From Syntrophales bacterium (GTDB lineage: Bacteria; Desulfobacterota; Syntrophia; Syntrophales; UBA8958): a stretch of DNA of 64,000 nucleotides. The stretch lies in assembly GCA_035358955.1 (NCBI GenBank), contig DAORXN010000001.1, positions 66,403-130,402 of the forward strand, given 5' to 3'. Positions within the stretch are counted from its first letter, which is position 1, and each line of letters starts with the position of its first letter. The notes under the pieces were generated by a model. The model searched no databases and was not told the DNA's origin. It saw only the letters and a program-made list of their open reading frames with translations. This document shows, in pieces, positions 30,694-40,008 of the stretch. The position numbers were made by a program, and so were the translations under genes.

Positions 30694-32085
30694 ATGATAC
30701 CGGAAGCTTTCTTGCAACCTAACAGTATCGTTCTCTTCGGTAGCGTCGCGGAGGGCAGGCATTTCGGGGCGGGGGTCATTGTTCGGGACCTCCTGGCTTG
30801 GCATTACCCGGGGCGCATTTATCCGATTCATCCTTCCGCCAAGTCCGTCTATGGCCTTAAGGTATGGGATAACCTATGGGATGTCCCGGAAGTGCCGGAT
30901 TTAGCCGTCGTTATCACCTCTTACCGACAGGTGCCGTCCATTGTGCACGAATTGGGGAAAAAGGGCGTGCAATCCGTGATCGTCGTATCGGATGGATTTG
31001 GCGAGGCCGGCCCCCCGGGGAAAGAAAGGGAGCGGGAGCTTTTGTCCCTGGCCCGTTCCTACGGGATGAGGATCGTGGGTCCCAACACGGTTGGGGTGTT
31101 CAACGTGCAAGATCGGGTCACGACGGTTCCCTATGATCGGGGATATCCTATCAAGAAGGCGGGAGGACTTTCCGTCATTACCCAAACGGGTATGTACGGG
31201 CCGCAGGCGATGGCCTGGCAAGAGTTCGCCCCCGGGGTCAACAAAATCATAGATTTGGGTAATATGTGCGATGTGGATGAAACCGATTGCCTCGAGTATT
31301 TAGGGGAAGATGAGCAAACGAAGGTGATTTCCCTCTACCTGGAACATACAAGGAGACCCGACGATCTCCTCCGCACGGCCCGGCAGGTTGCCAAGAAAAA
31401 ACCTATTCTTTGTTTGAAACCGGGAAAAGCACCTGGTGCCGCCCGGGCCATGGCCTCCCATACGGGGTCTCTGGCGGGAAACGATGTTTTGTACCGGGCC
31501 CTCATGACCCAGGCCGGCCTTTTAATGGTCGAGGAATACGAGGATCTGAGGGATTACGCCACCTTGTTTCTCTTGTACGGCTTGCCCCGTGCCAACAGGT
31601 TGGGAATCCTGACCTTCTCCGGGGCGGTGGGCATTCAGGCCATAGATCTTGCCCAGGAAGGGGGGCTGGAGATAGCGGAGCTTAGCCCCACCAGTCGAGA
31701 AAGACTGGCAAAAATCCATGAAACACTGGCAGGTCATCCCGTGGACGTAGGACCCGCTTCGGCTGTAGTGGGGGCGGGGATCTTCGATCTTTTCCGAGGT
31801 GGTTTTGACGTGCTGAAAGACGATCCCGCCGTAGATTTGATTTACATAAACACGTACGTCTCTTCCGTCGTGCACCCCGCCTTTTACGAAGACACCTTGA
31901 GATACATCGCTTCTTTTCGAGAAAAGCCCGTCGCTATCTGGTCTTACGGGCCGATACCAGAACTCGTCCATGAATTCGGCCGCCTGGCGGGCAAGTGTGG
32001 GCTTGCGTTTTTCTCTACCACCCGGAAGGCCATCCGATCTTTGTCTTTGCTGGTCAAGTATGCCAAGTTAATTAATGTACGGTAA
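30694..32085 (+). CDS. CoA-binding acetate--CoA ligase (ADP-forming) family protein, alpha-type domains only
   Basis: PNSIVLFGSV, RIVGPNTVGV and MASHTGSLAG (the phospho-His loop of the succinyl-CoA synthetase-like fold). At 463 aa there is no ATP-grasp domain. Confidence 0.75.
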   Translation: MIPEAFLQPNSIVLFGSVAEGRHFGAGVIVRDLLAWHYPGRIYPIHPSAKSVYGLKVWDNLWDVPEVPDLAVVITSYRQVPSIVHELGKKGVQSVIVVSDGFGEAGPPGKERERELLSLARSYGMRIVGPNTVGVFNVQDRVTTVPYDRGYPIKKAGGLSVITQTGMYGPQAMAWQEFAPGVNKIIDLGNMCDVDETDCLEYLGEDEQTKVISLYLEHTRRPDDLLRTARQVAKKKPILCLKPGKAPGAARAMASHTGSLAGNDVLYRALMTQAGLLMVEEYEDLRDYATLFLLYGLPRANRLGILTFSGAVGIQAIDLAQEGGLEIAELSPTSRERLAKIHETLAGHPVDVGPASAVVGAGIFDLFRGGFDVLKDDPAVDLIYINTYVSSVVHPAFYEDTLRYIASFREKPVAIWSYGPIPELVHEFGRLAGKCGLAFFSTTRKAIRSLSLLVKYAKLINVR

Positions 32086-33328
32086 GCGTATGAAACTGAA
32101 GGTGTTTTACGGCTGGTGGATCGTGGCTGCCTGTTTTTTCATCAGTTTCATCGTGAGCGGGACGATTTTCTATGGTTTTACCGCTTTTTTCGAACCCCTC
32201 GTCAGGGAGTTTCGCTGGTCCTATACCCAGGTTTCCCTTGCCTCCAGTATCAGAGGGATGGAAATGGGCATCTTGGCGCCCTTGGTGGGGTATCTCGCCG
32301 ACCGTTTAGGGGCCAGACGTATCCTTTTGGCCGGCATGACGGTGTTGGGTTTGGGGCTGGTGCTCCTCAGCCAAATTCATTCTCTGACCACTTTCTACTG
32401 TGCCATGGTTCTCATCGCCTTTGGGGCGGGAGGGTGCGCGAGTGTCCTGACCATGACCATTGTGGCCCGTTGGTTTAAAAGGCATCTGGGTAAGGCCCTG
32501 GCGGTGATGAGCTCCGGTTTCGGTGCGAGCGGTCTCATCCTTCCCTTCATTGTTTTTCTCGTCGACCATTACGGCTGGCGGGGCGCTTTGATCGTTTTGG
32601 GGTCGGTCATGTGGTTGGTAGGGATTCCACTCGTGCTTTCCTTGCGGGAGACGCCGGAGGCATGTGGTTACGGGCCGGATGGAGAAAAACCCCTTTCAGG
32701 GGTCACGGCTATAAAAGGTCGCCTACCGGAGAAGCCCCGTATTCCTTACCGGCACTATCTCAAGTACCCCCCCTTTCTTCTGATCAATCTGGCCGAGACC
32801 TTTCGCTTTCTCGTGCTGACTTCGGTCGTGGTGCACATTATGCCCTACCTATCCCAGATGGGGATGGGAAGAAGCCGGGCGGGTTTGATGGCCGCCTCCA
32901 TGCCCCTTACTTCCATAGTGGGGCGCTTCCTCTTTGGTTGGCTGGGGGATCGGTACGATACGGCCCGGGTCACCGCTGGTGCCTTTTTTATTATGGCCGT
33001 GGGCATTGCCACCTTTTCCTTCGTTCGGAATCCTCTTTTCGCCGCTTTTTTTCTCCTTTGCTTTCCCTTAGGGTTTGGCGGCCTTACCGTCCTCCGGGGG
33101 ACGATCGTGGCTAAATACTACGACAAAAGGGATTTTGGTTCCCTCATGGGCATCTTGATGGGATTTTCCGCCGTAGGAGGGATCATCGGGCCTACCTTCA
33201 CCGGCTGGATTTTTGACCGGACGAGGGATTACACTTACGTATGGCTGGGCTTCTGCGGGCTGCTTCTTTTGGCGATCTTGCTCGTGTCAAAGGGGATTTA
33301 TGCCTCCCGACTTAAGCCGGCCACCTAA
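32075..33328 (+). CDS. MFS transporter (oxalate/formate antiporter-like)
   Basis: 12 predicted TM segments, FYGWWIV at the N-terminus, and the loop 2-3 motif GYLADRLGARR. It overlaps the previous gene by 11 nt. Confidence 0.85.
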   Translation: MYGKRMKLKVFYGWWIVAACFFISFIVSGTIFYGFTAFFEPLVREFRWSYTQVSLASSIRGMEMGILAPLVGYLADRLGARRILLAGMTVLGLGLVLLSQIHSLTTFYCAMVLIAFGAGGCASVLTMTIVARWFKRHLGKALAVMSSGFGASGLILPFIVFLVDHYGWRGALIVLGSVMWLVGIPLVLSLRETPEACGYGPDGEKPLSGVTAIKGRLPEKPRIPYRHYLKYPPFLLINLAETFRFLVLTSVVVHIMPYLSQMGMGRSRAGLMAASMPLTSIVGRFLFGWLGDRYDTARVTAGAFFIMAVGIATFSFVRNPLFAAFFLLCFPLGFGGLTVLRGTIVAKYYDKRDFGSLMGILMGFSAVGGIIGPTFTGWIFDRTRDYTYVWLGFCGLLLLAILLVSKGIYASRLKPAT

Positions 33329-33612
33329 CGACTGATGATGATAAGCAGGGATAAGAGGAGCAATGAGAGGAGAAAAAAGGTCAGGGCAAGTTTTCGGCGG
33401 CGGATAAAATCGAGCAAGCTCCTTTGATCGAAGGCCTTTTCCTTCGCCCGGGTGATTAAAAAAAGGGTGAGGGTATAGAGGCAAAACACGATGAGGGCAA
33501 GAAAAATGACGGCAAGGGGGTAGGGAACAGCGCCTTGGCGCGAAGCGAGATAACATAGCACCCCCAGAGCCAGGAGGGAGAGGTAGATGGCATAGCAGGA
33601 CCCACGTTTCAT
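33325..33612 (-). CDS. hypothetical small membrane protein (weak call)
   Basis: An ORF with three clear hydrophobic helices (CYAIYLSLLALGVLCYL, YPLAVIFLALIVFCLYTLTLFLI, LALTFFLLSLLLLSLLIII). It has no visible SD sequence, and the strong purine/pyrimidine strand bias could create this pattern by chance. Confidence 0.3.
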   Translation of the reverse strand: MKRGSCYAIYLSLLALGVLCYLASRQGAVPYPLAVIFLALIVFCLYTLTLFLITRAKEKAFDQRSLLDFIRRRKLALTFFLLSLLLLSLLIIISR

Positions 33613-33626
33613 GGGTAGATGCATAT

Positions 33627-34643
33627 ATGAAGATGGGTAAAATGGCAATAGAAGCTGATAGAAGGTGGGGAGATTGGCATTGGCAATGGAGAAACAGGAT
33701 CACGACTCCAGAGGCGCTCGCCACTTTAGCGGCGGTGCCTAAAGCCACCCTAAAAAAGTGGCAGGCCGTAGCCCGCCATTATCCCCTCTCTGTTACGCCG
33801 TACTTCCTATCCCTCGCTTCCCTCAAAGATCCTTTGGACCCCATTATCCGACAGTTTGTGCCCGACATCAGGGAGCTTCATGTTGCGACCGGGAAGCCCG
33901 ATCCCCTCGATGAGGAGGGTCACATGCCCGTCCTGGGTCTCATCCAGCGATATCCGGATCGTTGCCTCATCCTCGCGACCACGCTATGTGCCGTTTACTG
34001 CCGTCACTGTAATAGGAAGCGTCGCTGGGCAAAACCGGAGGCGGTAAACGTGGCTCCATACTTTTCATCCATCGTCGGTTATATTAAGGAAACTCCCAAG
34101 ATTCGGGAGGTCATCCTTTCCGGGGGCGATCCTCTGGTGCTCCCCGATGAGGTATTGGCAGACATGCTAAGGCAACTGCGCGCCATCAAACATGTGGAGG
34201 TCATCAGGATCGGGACCCGGATGCCGGTCGTCATGCCCATGAGAATCACGGAGAAATTGGTCCGCCTGTTGAGGGGCTTTAGGCCTCTGTGGGTGAACAC
34301 CCAGTTCAATCATCCCCGGGAGATTACTCCTTGGTCCGCCCTCGCTTGTGATCGCCTCGTTTCGGCGGGGATCCCTGTTTCCAATCAGTCCGTGTTGCTA
34401 AAAGGTATCAACGATGATTTCTCGACGATGCAGGCGCTTTTGACGGGGCTGGAGAGGATTTCGGTTCGTCCTTACTATTTGTTTCAGTGCGATCCCGTGA
34501 GCGGCACGGAGCACTTTCACGTGGCAGTCACCCGGGGGAAGGAAATCATGAAACGCATCTGGGCTTCTACTTCCGGCCTTTGCCTGCCCCGGTACGTGGT
34601 CGACCGGCCGGATACGCCGGGGAAGTGGCCCTTGGATGGATAA
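33627..34643 (+). CDS. epmB: EF-P beta-lysylation protein EpmB (lysine 2,3-aminomutase family radical SAM)
   Basis: The radical-SAM motif CAVYCRHCNRKRRW. The 338 aa length fits the EpmB size rather than KamA. SGGDPL is present. It sits directly upstream of efp. Confidence 0.85.
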   Translation: MKMGKMAIEADRRWGDWHWQWRNRITTPEALATLAAVPKATLKKWQAVARHYPLSVTPYFLSLASLKDPLDPIIRQFVPDIRELHVATGKPDPLDEEGHMPVLGLIQRYPDRCLILATTLCAVYCRHCNRKRRWAKPEAVNVAPYFSSIVGYIKETPKIREVILSGGDPLVLPDEVLADMLRQLRAIKHVEVIRIGTRMPVVMPMRITEKLVRLLRGFRPLWVNTQFNHPREITPWSALACDRLVSAGIPVSNQSVLLKGINDDFSTMQALLTGLERISVRPYYLFQCDPVSGTEHFHVAVTRGKEIMKRIWASTSGLCLPRYVVDRPDTPGKWPLDG

Positions 34644-34710
34644 TCGTTTGACAATGAGAGGAGAAATGAGATATTTACCCGAAAAAATGGGTCATGGAGT
34701 GCAGTAATTT

Positions 34711-35274
34711 ATGTACGAGGCGAGTGATTTAAGAAAGGGGTTGCGTATCAAGCTCGACGGGGAGCCCCATATCATAACGGATTTTAACTTCGTCAAGCCG
34801 GGCAAGGGGCAGGCCTTTTACCGATGCAAGTTGAAGAACTTGATCACAGGTGCCCAATTCGACCGAACTTTTCGCTCGGTGGATGTGTTCGAGCCGGCGG
34901 ATCTGCAGCAAAAAAAGATGCAGTTTCTCTACGAAGAGGAAGGGAAGTACTGCTTCATGGACACGGAGACCTTCGAACAGGTCTATCTTACGGCCGAACA
35001 AGTGGGCGAGGCGAAAAATTTTCTGATCGAAAATCTGGAGGTGGGCGTACTGTTCTTCGGGGATAAGCCCCTGGATATCACCCTGCCCAATGCGGTGGAT
35101 CTCGTGGTCACCCACGCCGAACCGTGGGTTAAGGGAGATACGGTGGCCGGCAATACAAAACCGGTCACGGTAGAGACGGGCTACGTCCTCCAGGTCCCTC
35201 CCTTTATTGAGCAGGGGGATAAGATTCGGGTCGACACGAGAACCGGCGAATACCTGACCCGTGTCAAAGAGTAA
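34711..35274 (+). CDS. efp: translation elongation factor P
   Basis: MYEASDLRKGLRIKLDGEPHIITDFNFVKPGKGQAFYRCKLKNL, with the modifiable Lys in the PGKGQAF loop. Confidence 0.97.
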   Translation: MYEASDLRKGLRIKLDGEPHIITDFNFVKPGKGQAFYRCKLKNLITGAQFDRTFRSVDVFEPADLQQKKMQFLYEEEGKYCFMDTETFEQVYLTAEQVGEAKNFLIENLEVGVLFFGDKPLDITLPNAVDLVVTHAEPWVKGDTVAGNTKPVTVETGYVLQVPPFIEQGDKIRVDTRTGEYLTRVKE

Positions 35275-36184
35275 CCTGCTCAACAGAAAAAGGGATATTC
35301 TCGTCGCCCGGAACCAAATTATTCAATCTCTACGCGAGTTTTTTCGGCAGGCAGGCTACATCGAGGTCGAGACGCCCCATCGCATTCCGGCCCTGGCCCC
35401 CGAATTCCACCTTGACGCCGAACCGGCTGATAATTGGTTCCTTCATCCGTCGCCGGAAATCTGTATGAAGAGGTTGGTCGCGGCCGGATGGCACCAAATC
35501 TATCAGATTTGCAAATGCTTCCGGCGCGGGGAAAGAGGTAGCCTGCACCTGCCGGAGTTTACCCTCTTGGAATGGTATCGAGCCGGGGCCGACTACTTTG
35601 ATCTGATGAAAGAGTGTGAGCATTTGATCCGGTTTGTGGCGCGCCAAATGGGTTGCCCGGATACCCTCTCTTATGCCGGGAAGGCCATAGACCTAAGCCC
35701 TCCCTGGGAGCGGATAACCTTAAGGGAGGCTTTTGATCGGTACGCCACCCTTCCCCTCGAAGCCGCCCTGGAGGAGGACGTATTCGAAGAGGTGTTGGTG
35801 GATCGGGTGGAACCACAATTAGGGATGGTCAAGCCTACGTTTCTCTATGATTACCCCTTGGCCCACGGGGCCCTGGCGAAGAGGAAGAAAGAAAACCCGT
35901 ACGTGGTAGAGAGGTTCGAATTGTACATGGCGGGCATAGAATTGGCCAACGCCTTTTCGGAGCTTACGGATCCCGAGGAGCAGAGAAAACGCTTTACCGA
36001 CGAAGAGGAAAGAAGGCGCCGGGCAGGGAAGGTGCCCTATCCCATGCCCGAAAAATTTCTTCAAAGCCTGGCTCACATGCCTGAGACGGCAGGCTGTGCG
36101 ATGGGGATCGATCGCCTGGTCATGCTCTTTACGGACAGCCCTTTAATTGACCTCTGCGTCACCTTTACCCCCGAGGAGCTATAA
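35261..36184 (+). CDS. epmA: EF-P--(R)-beta-lysine ligase EpmA (PoxA/GenX, truncated LysRS-like)
   Basis: Class II aaRS motifs (YIEVETP, FRRGERGSLHLPEFTLLEWY, GCAMGIDRL). At 307 aa there is no anticodon-binding domain. A GTG start overlaps the efp end by 14 nt. Confidence 0.85.
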   Translation: MSKSNLLNRKRDILVARNQIIQSLREFFRQAGYIEVETPHRIPALAPEFHLDAEPADNWFLHPSPEICMKRLVAAGWHQIYQICKCFRRGERGSLHLPEFTLLEWYRAGADYFDLMKECEHLIRFVARQMGCPDTLSYAGKAIDLSPPWERITLREAFDRYATLPLEAALEEDVFEEVLVDRVEPQLGMVKPTFLYDYPLAHGALAKRKKENPYVVERFELYMAGIELANAFSELTDPEEQRKRFTDEEERRRRAGKVPYPMPEKFLQSLAHMPETAGCAMGIDRLVMLFTDSPLIDLCVTFTPEEL

Positions 36185-36198
36185 GGTCGAGGGGGAGG

Positions 36199-36227
36199 TT
36201 GACACCCCCATATTTTTCCATTACAAC
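36199..36227 (+). promoter_or_regulatory. putative sigma70 promoter of the tol-pal cluster
   Basis: TTGACA (36199-36204), a 17 nt spacer, then TACAAC (36222-36227), about 27 nt upstream of the tolQ ATG. Confidence 0.35.
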
Positions 36228-36253
36228 CAACAAAAAATTTCGAGGGAGAAACG

Positions 36254-36937
36254 ATGAGCGGGTCTTTTCACGCAAGTGCCTTGTCCATGATTTTTGATGC
36301 CGGTCCGGTAGTGCAGGTGGTCTTACTGATTCTGCTGTTTTTCTCCGTGGTTTCCTGGGCCATCATTTTCATGAAGCTTTTTTCCTTCCGGCGGGTAGCC
36401 AAAGAAAACGACGCTTTCTTCGAGGGTTATCTGCGGGCAAAGAAGTTTACCGACGTAAGTGCCGAGGCGAAGAAGTATGACAATTCCACCGCGGCCGAGG
36501 TGTTTCGTAACGCTTATGAGGAACTTTCCCGCCTAAGTGGTCGATCGCCGGGAGAAGCGGTGGGTGATATTAGGGCGATAGATGCGATCGAACGGGCTGT
36601 CGGTCGCACCATCAGCACAGAAGCGGGGAAATTAGGCAGTTTCCTTCCCTTTCTGGCGACGACGGGCAATGCCTGCCCCTTTATCGGTCTCTTCGGTACC
36701 GTCTGGGGGATTATGGACACCTTTCGCGGCATAGGGTTGCGGGGATCGGCCAATCTCGCCGTGGTTGCCCCGGGTATCTCCGAGGCCCTGATCGCCACGG
36801 CCATGGGGCTTGCTGCCGCCATCCCGGCGGTGATATTTTTTAATTACTTTACCAACCGTACCAAGGCCTTTACCCTCGAGATGGAAGCTTTCGCCTCCGA
36901 GCTGATTAACATCATCGAAAGGAATTATCTGAGATGA
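36254..36937 (+). CDS. tolQ: Tol-Pal system protein TolQ (MotA/TolQ/ExbB family)
   Basis: Three TM segments, the conserved LATTGNACPFIGLFGTVWGIM and AIPAVIFFNYF, and the tolR-tolA-tolB-pal context. Confidence 0.9.
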   Translation: MSGSFHASALSMIFDAGPVVQVVLLILLFFSVVSWAIIFMKLFSFRRVAKENDAFFEGYLRAKKFTDVSAEAKKYDNSTAAEVFRNAYEELSRLSGRSPGEAVGDIRAIDAIERAVGRTISTEAGKLGSFLPFLATTGNACPFIGLFGTVWGIMDTFRGIGLRGSANLAVVAPGISEALIATAMGLAAAIPAVIFFNYFTNRTKAFTLEMEAFASELINIIERNYLR

Positions 36938-37356
36938 TACGCCGGCCGTTTTCCGGGCGAGAAAGCGATAAATTACTCGCCGAAATCAACGTGACTCCCC
37001 TCGTGGACGTGATGCTCGTTTTGCTCATCATCTTCATGGTGGCGGCGCCCATGCTGCAGATGGGTATCGATGTGAACCTGCCGCGTGTGCAGGCCAAAAG
37101 TATCGATGTCGGCGAAGAAAAACTCGTGGTAACCGTCGATGGCAATCGTGACATTTATCTCAACAAAGTGAAAGTACCTTTGACCGGTCTTGCCCCCAAG
37201 CTGAGCGCCATCTTCCAAAACCGCCTCGAAAGGGAGGTGTTTTTACGGGCCGATAAAAACGTGCCCTATGGATTTGTGGTGGAGGTGATGGCAGAGATAA
37301 GAAAATCGGGGGTCGACCGGCTGGGCATGATCACGGAACCACCCCAGGAAAAGTAA
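36934..37356 (+). CDS. tolR: Tol-Pal system protein TolR (ExbD family)
   Basis: INVTPLVDVMLVLLIIFM with the conserved Asp in the TM segment. 140 aa. It overlaps tolQ by 4 nt. Confidence 0.9.
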   Translation: MIRRPFSGRESDKLLAEINVTPLVDVMLVLLIIFMVAAPMLQMGIDVNLPRVQAKSIDVGEEKLVVTVDGNRDIYLNKVKVPLTGLAPKLSAIFQNRLEREVFLRADKNVPYGFVVEVMAEIRKSGVDRLGMITEPPQEK

Positions 37357-38043
37357 ATGAGCTTCCCTTCGGATGGAGGCGCCCCACGATTCGGCGTGAT
37401 GATTTTGCTTTCCATGTTGCTCCATCTCGTAGTGATCGTGGGAGGGGGGTCTTGGAAGCTCGCGCCTTCTTATCGCCTGACGTTTGGGCCGGTTTATGAG
37501 GTAAAATTAGTAGATCGATTACCCACTCCGGATAAAAATCTCGGGGTGGAAACGGAGGGACTCTCGGGGCTAAGTGGTAAAAGCCCGTGGGCCGTGAAGA
37601 AAGAAGAGACCACCATTCCCATCCGGAGAATCGAAAGGGAGACTACCGTAAGTCCGGAGGTGAAGAAGGCCCTGGAGGAGATAAAGAAGAAAACGGCCCA
37701 GAGCCCCACATCTCCGGCATCCAGTCCTTCCCGAGGCGGGGGTGATGAGAACGCTTTTCATGCCTATTTGCGCCTCATGTGGGAGCGGATCCGGGGTGGA
37801 TGGGTGCTTCCCCCTGGGCTCTTTCCTCAAGACCGATGGGAGGCGGTGGTAAATTTGAGGGTGTTGAGAAGTGGGAAGCTTATGGACGTAAAATTGGAAA
37901 AAAGCTCGGGGAATGCCTATTTCGATCGGTCCGTCCTACGGGCGGTTCAAAAGGCCGATCCCTTGCCCCCCTTTCCTCCCGACCTCCATGAAGATGCCAT
38001 TGAGGTGGGGATCAGATTTCATTCTCAAGAGGCGCCGAGATGA
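37357..38043 (+). CDS. tolA: TolA-like / TonB C-terminal domain energy transducer
   Basis: An N-terminal TM anchor, a charged Pro/Ser-rich linker, and a C-terminal TonB_C-like region (YLRLMWERIRGGWVLP...VVNLRVLRSGKLMDVKLEKSSGNAYFDRSVLRAVQKADPLPPFP). It occupies the position between tolR and tolB. Confidence 0.7.
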   Translation: MSFPSDGGAPRFGVMILLSMLLHLVVIVGGGSWKLAPSYRLTFGPVYEVKLVDRLPTPDKNLGVETEGLSGLSGKSPWAVKKEETTIPIRRIERETTVSPEVKKALEEIKKKTAQSPTSPASSPSRGGGDENAFHAYLRLMWERIRGGWVLPPGLFPQDRWEAVVNLRVLRSGKLMDVKLEKSSGNAYFDRSVLRAVQKADPLPPFPPDLHEDAIEVGIRFHSQEAPR

Positions 38044-39320
38044 AAAAAGGCCTGCTTTGCTTCTTTTTGGCCGGAGGCCTCTGCTTACTCGTCTGGACTG
38101 CCGGGCAGGGGCGGATCTACATAGACATCGATTCCCCTCAGTTCAGGCCCACCCCTATGGCCATCGGGGAGTTAAAGAACCTCACCCCCAACGCCGCGGA
38201 TGGTTTTGGCGTCGGGGTCGCCCATAATCTGTCAAGGCTCTTGGGTTTGACGGGATTCTTTTCCCTTATCTCCCCTCAGGCCTTTTTGGAAAAACCGGGA
38301 GAAAAGATAAATTTCTCGAATTGGTCTGCCATCGGGGCGGAGTACCTCGTCACCGGTTCGTATGTCAGAGATCAGGGGGGGTACGTGATGGAAATGCGCC
38401 TCTACGATGTTTTGAAAGGTGAAGTCATCGGGGCGGGAAGGTATACGGGCACTTTTACCGATCAGTTAGACGTGGCGAGGAAAATGGCCCGCGATATACT
38501 TAAGACCCTTTCCGGGGACGGAGGGGTATTTTTTACGCGCCTGGCCTTCGTGGTAAGAAAGGGTCGGGGAACGGAAATCGGGACAATCAGTTTCGATGGG
38601 ACCGACTATCGGGAAGTAACGAGGATGAAGAGCCTTTCTTTGTCTCCCCGCTGGTCGCCGGATGGGCGTTATTTGGCCTTCATGTCCTACCAGGGGAAAA
38701 ATCCGTGTCTATTTTTTTACGATACCCAGGAAGGGGCGACCAGGATTTTTTCGGCCTTACCCGGGCTCAATCTGCCGGGGGCCTGGTCTCCGGATGGGAA
38801 GACCATTTTGGCCACTTTGAGTGTGGATGGGAACCAGGAAATTTATGCCCTCGATGTTTTGACGGGTAAGCGGCAGAGGTTGACTTACGATCCGGATATT
38901 GATGTTTCACCCGTCTGGTCCCCGGATGGCAAATCCATTGCCTTTGTTTCCGACCGCTCCGGCTCTCCTCAAATTTTTGTGATGAACGCCGATGGCACGG
39001 GCGTGCGACGGCTTACCTTTAGTGGCAATTACAATACCTCCCCCGCCTGGTCGCCTAAAGGGGATCGTATCCTTTACGAGGGGAGAAAGGAGGGTCGGTT
39101 TCAAATCTTTTCCCTCGCCGTAAGTGGGGGAGACCCGGTGCAGATCACTAGCGGCTCGGAACATAGGAGTCCTTCTTGGTCGCCCGATGGGAGGTTTATC
39201 GCCTGCACCGTGCTCGAGGGGGGGAAGGAAAGGGTCGTGATTATGAATGCAGGGGGGATGAATGCCCGCTACCTGGCAGACGGGTCGCAGCCTTCTTGGT
39301 CTTATGTGTTGGAAAAATGA
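38040..39320 (+). CDS. tolB: Tol-Pal system beta-propeller protein TolB
   Basis: A signal peptide, a TolB N-domain, and repeated PxWSPDG blades (SPRWSPDGRYLAF, GAWSPDGKTI, SPVWSPDGKSIAF, PAWSPKGD, SPSWSPDGRFIA). Confidence 0.92.
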   Translation: MKKGLLCFFLAGGLCLLVWTAGQGRIYIDIDSPQFRPTPMAIGELKNLTPNAADGFGVGVAHNLSRLLGLTGFFSLISPQAFLEKPGEKINFSNWSAIGAEYLVTGSYVRDQGGYVMEMRLYDVLKGEVIGAGRYTGTFTDQLDVARKMARDILKTLSGDGGVFFTRLAFVVRKGRGTEIGTISFDGTDYREVTRMKSLSLSPRWSPDGRYLAFMSYQGKNPCLFFYDTQEGATRIFSALPGLNLPGAWSPDGKTILATLSVDGNQEIYALDVLTGKRQRLTYDPDIDVSPVWSPDGKSIAFVSDRSGSPQIFVMNADGTGVRRLTFSGNYNTSPAWSPKGDRILYEGRKEGRFQIFSLAVSGGDPVQITSGSEHRSPSWSPDGRFIACTVLEGGKERVVIMNAGGMNARYLADGSQPSWSYVLEK

Positions 39321-39397
39321 TTTTTATCGTTGACGGCAAGGAGTGTATGTGCTTTAAAAGTGCGCTAAGATCTTTCAAAAGAAAGGAGGACGCTTAA

Positions 39398-40003
39398 ATG
39401 AAAAGGGGAGTTCGTTATTTCGCTTTGTTCACGATGATTGCGTTTCTCGTCATAGGATTCGGATGCGCAACGACCACGGTGGAGAAACAAGAGGCCAAGG
39501 TACCTGAAAAGGCGGCCGTAGCCGAGACAAAGGCCCCGGCCGAGGCGGTTGCCACTGCCGAGAAGAAGGCCCCCGCTGAGACAGCGGCGGAGGAGAAGAA
39601 GGCCCCGGCCGAGGCGGTCGCCACTGCCGAGAAGAAGGCCCCGGCCGAAGTGAAAGAAATAGCACCTAAAGTCCAGGCTTTGGAAAGCATCCACTTTGAC
39701 TTCGATAAGTACAACATCCGGCCACCGGATCGCGAAATCCTGAACCGTCATGCGGAGTGGCTGAAGAAGAACAAAGAGGTAAAAATCACCATTGAAGGGC
39801 ACTGTGACGAGCGGGGAACCGTGGAGTACAACCTCGCCCTGGGAGAAAGGCGAGCCAACGAGGCAAAGAAGTACTTGGTGAGCTTGGGGGTCGAACCTGA
39901 GCGCATCAAGACGGTAAGCTACGGGAAAGAACGCCCCATTGATCCCCGGCATAACGAGGAGGCCTGGGCCAAGAACCGACGTGCCGAATTTGTCGTTGAA
40001 TAG
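39398..40003 (+). CDS. pal: peptidoglycan-associated lipoprotein Pal (OmpA-family C-domain)
   Basis: The lipobox VIGFGC, a repetitive KAPAE linker, and the OmpA_C motifs HFDFDKYNIRP, TIEGHCDERGTVEYNLALGERRA and NRRAEFV. RBS AAAGGAGGA is upstream. Confidence 0.9.
   Translation: MKRGVRYFALFTMIAFLVIGFGCATTTVEKQEAKVPEKAAVAETKAPAEAVATAEKKAPAETAAEEKKAPAEAVATAEKKAPAEVKEIAPKVQALESIHFDFDKYNIRPPDREILNRHAEWLKKNKEVKITIEGHCDERGTVEYNLALGERRANEAKKYLVSLGVEPERIKTVSYGKERPIDPRHNEEAWAKNRRAEFVVE
39530..39650 (+). repeat. in-frame 69-bp tandem repeat (about 1.8 copies) inside pal
   Basis: AAGGCCCCGGCCGAGGCGGT(T/C)GCCACTGCCGAGAAGAAGGCCCC recurs at 39530 and 39599. It encodes KAPAEAVATAEKKAPAE twice. Confidence 0.8.
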
Positions 40004-40008
40004 ATAAG

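Noticed and set aside
33287-33748. A 153-aa minus-strand ORF between the MFS gene and epmB
   Set aside because: It overlaps the epmB start, has a Pro/Ser/Leu-rich composition and no SD sequence. The alternative frame (33325-33612), with three TM helices, is marginally more plausible and is reported at low confidence instead.
39530-39650. A possible CRISPR-like repeat
   Set aside because: There are only two directly abutting copies with no spacers. They are in frame inside pal and encode a repeated peptide.
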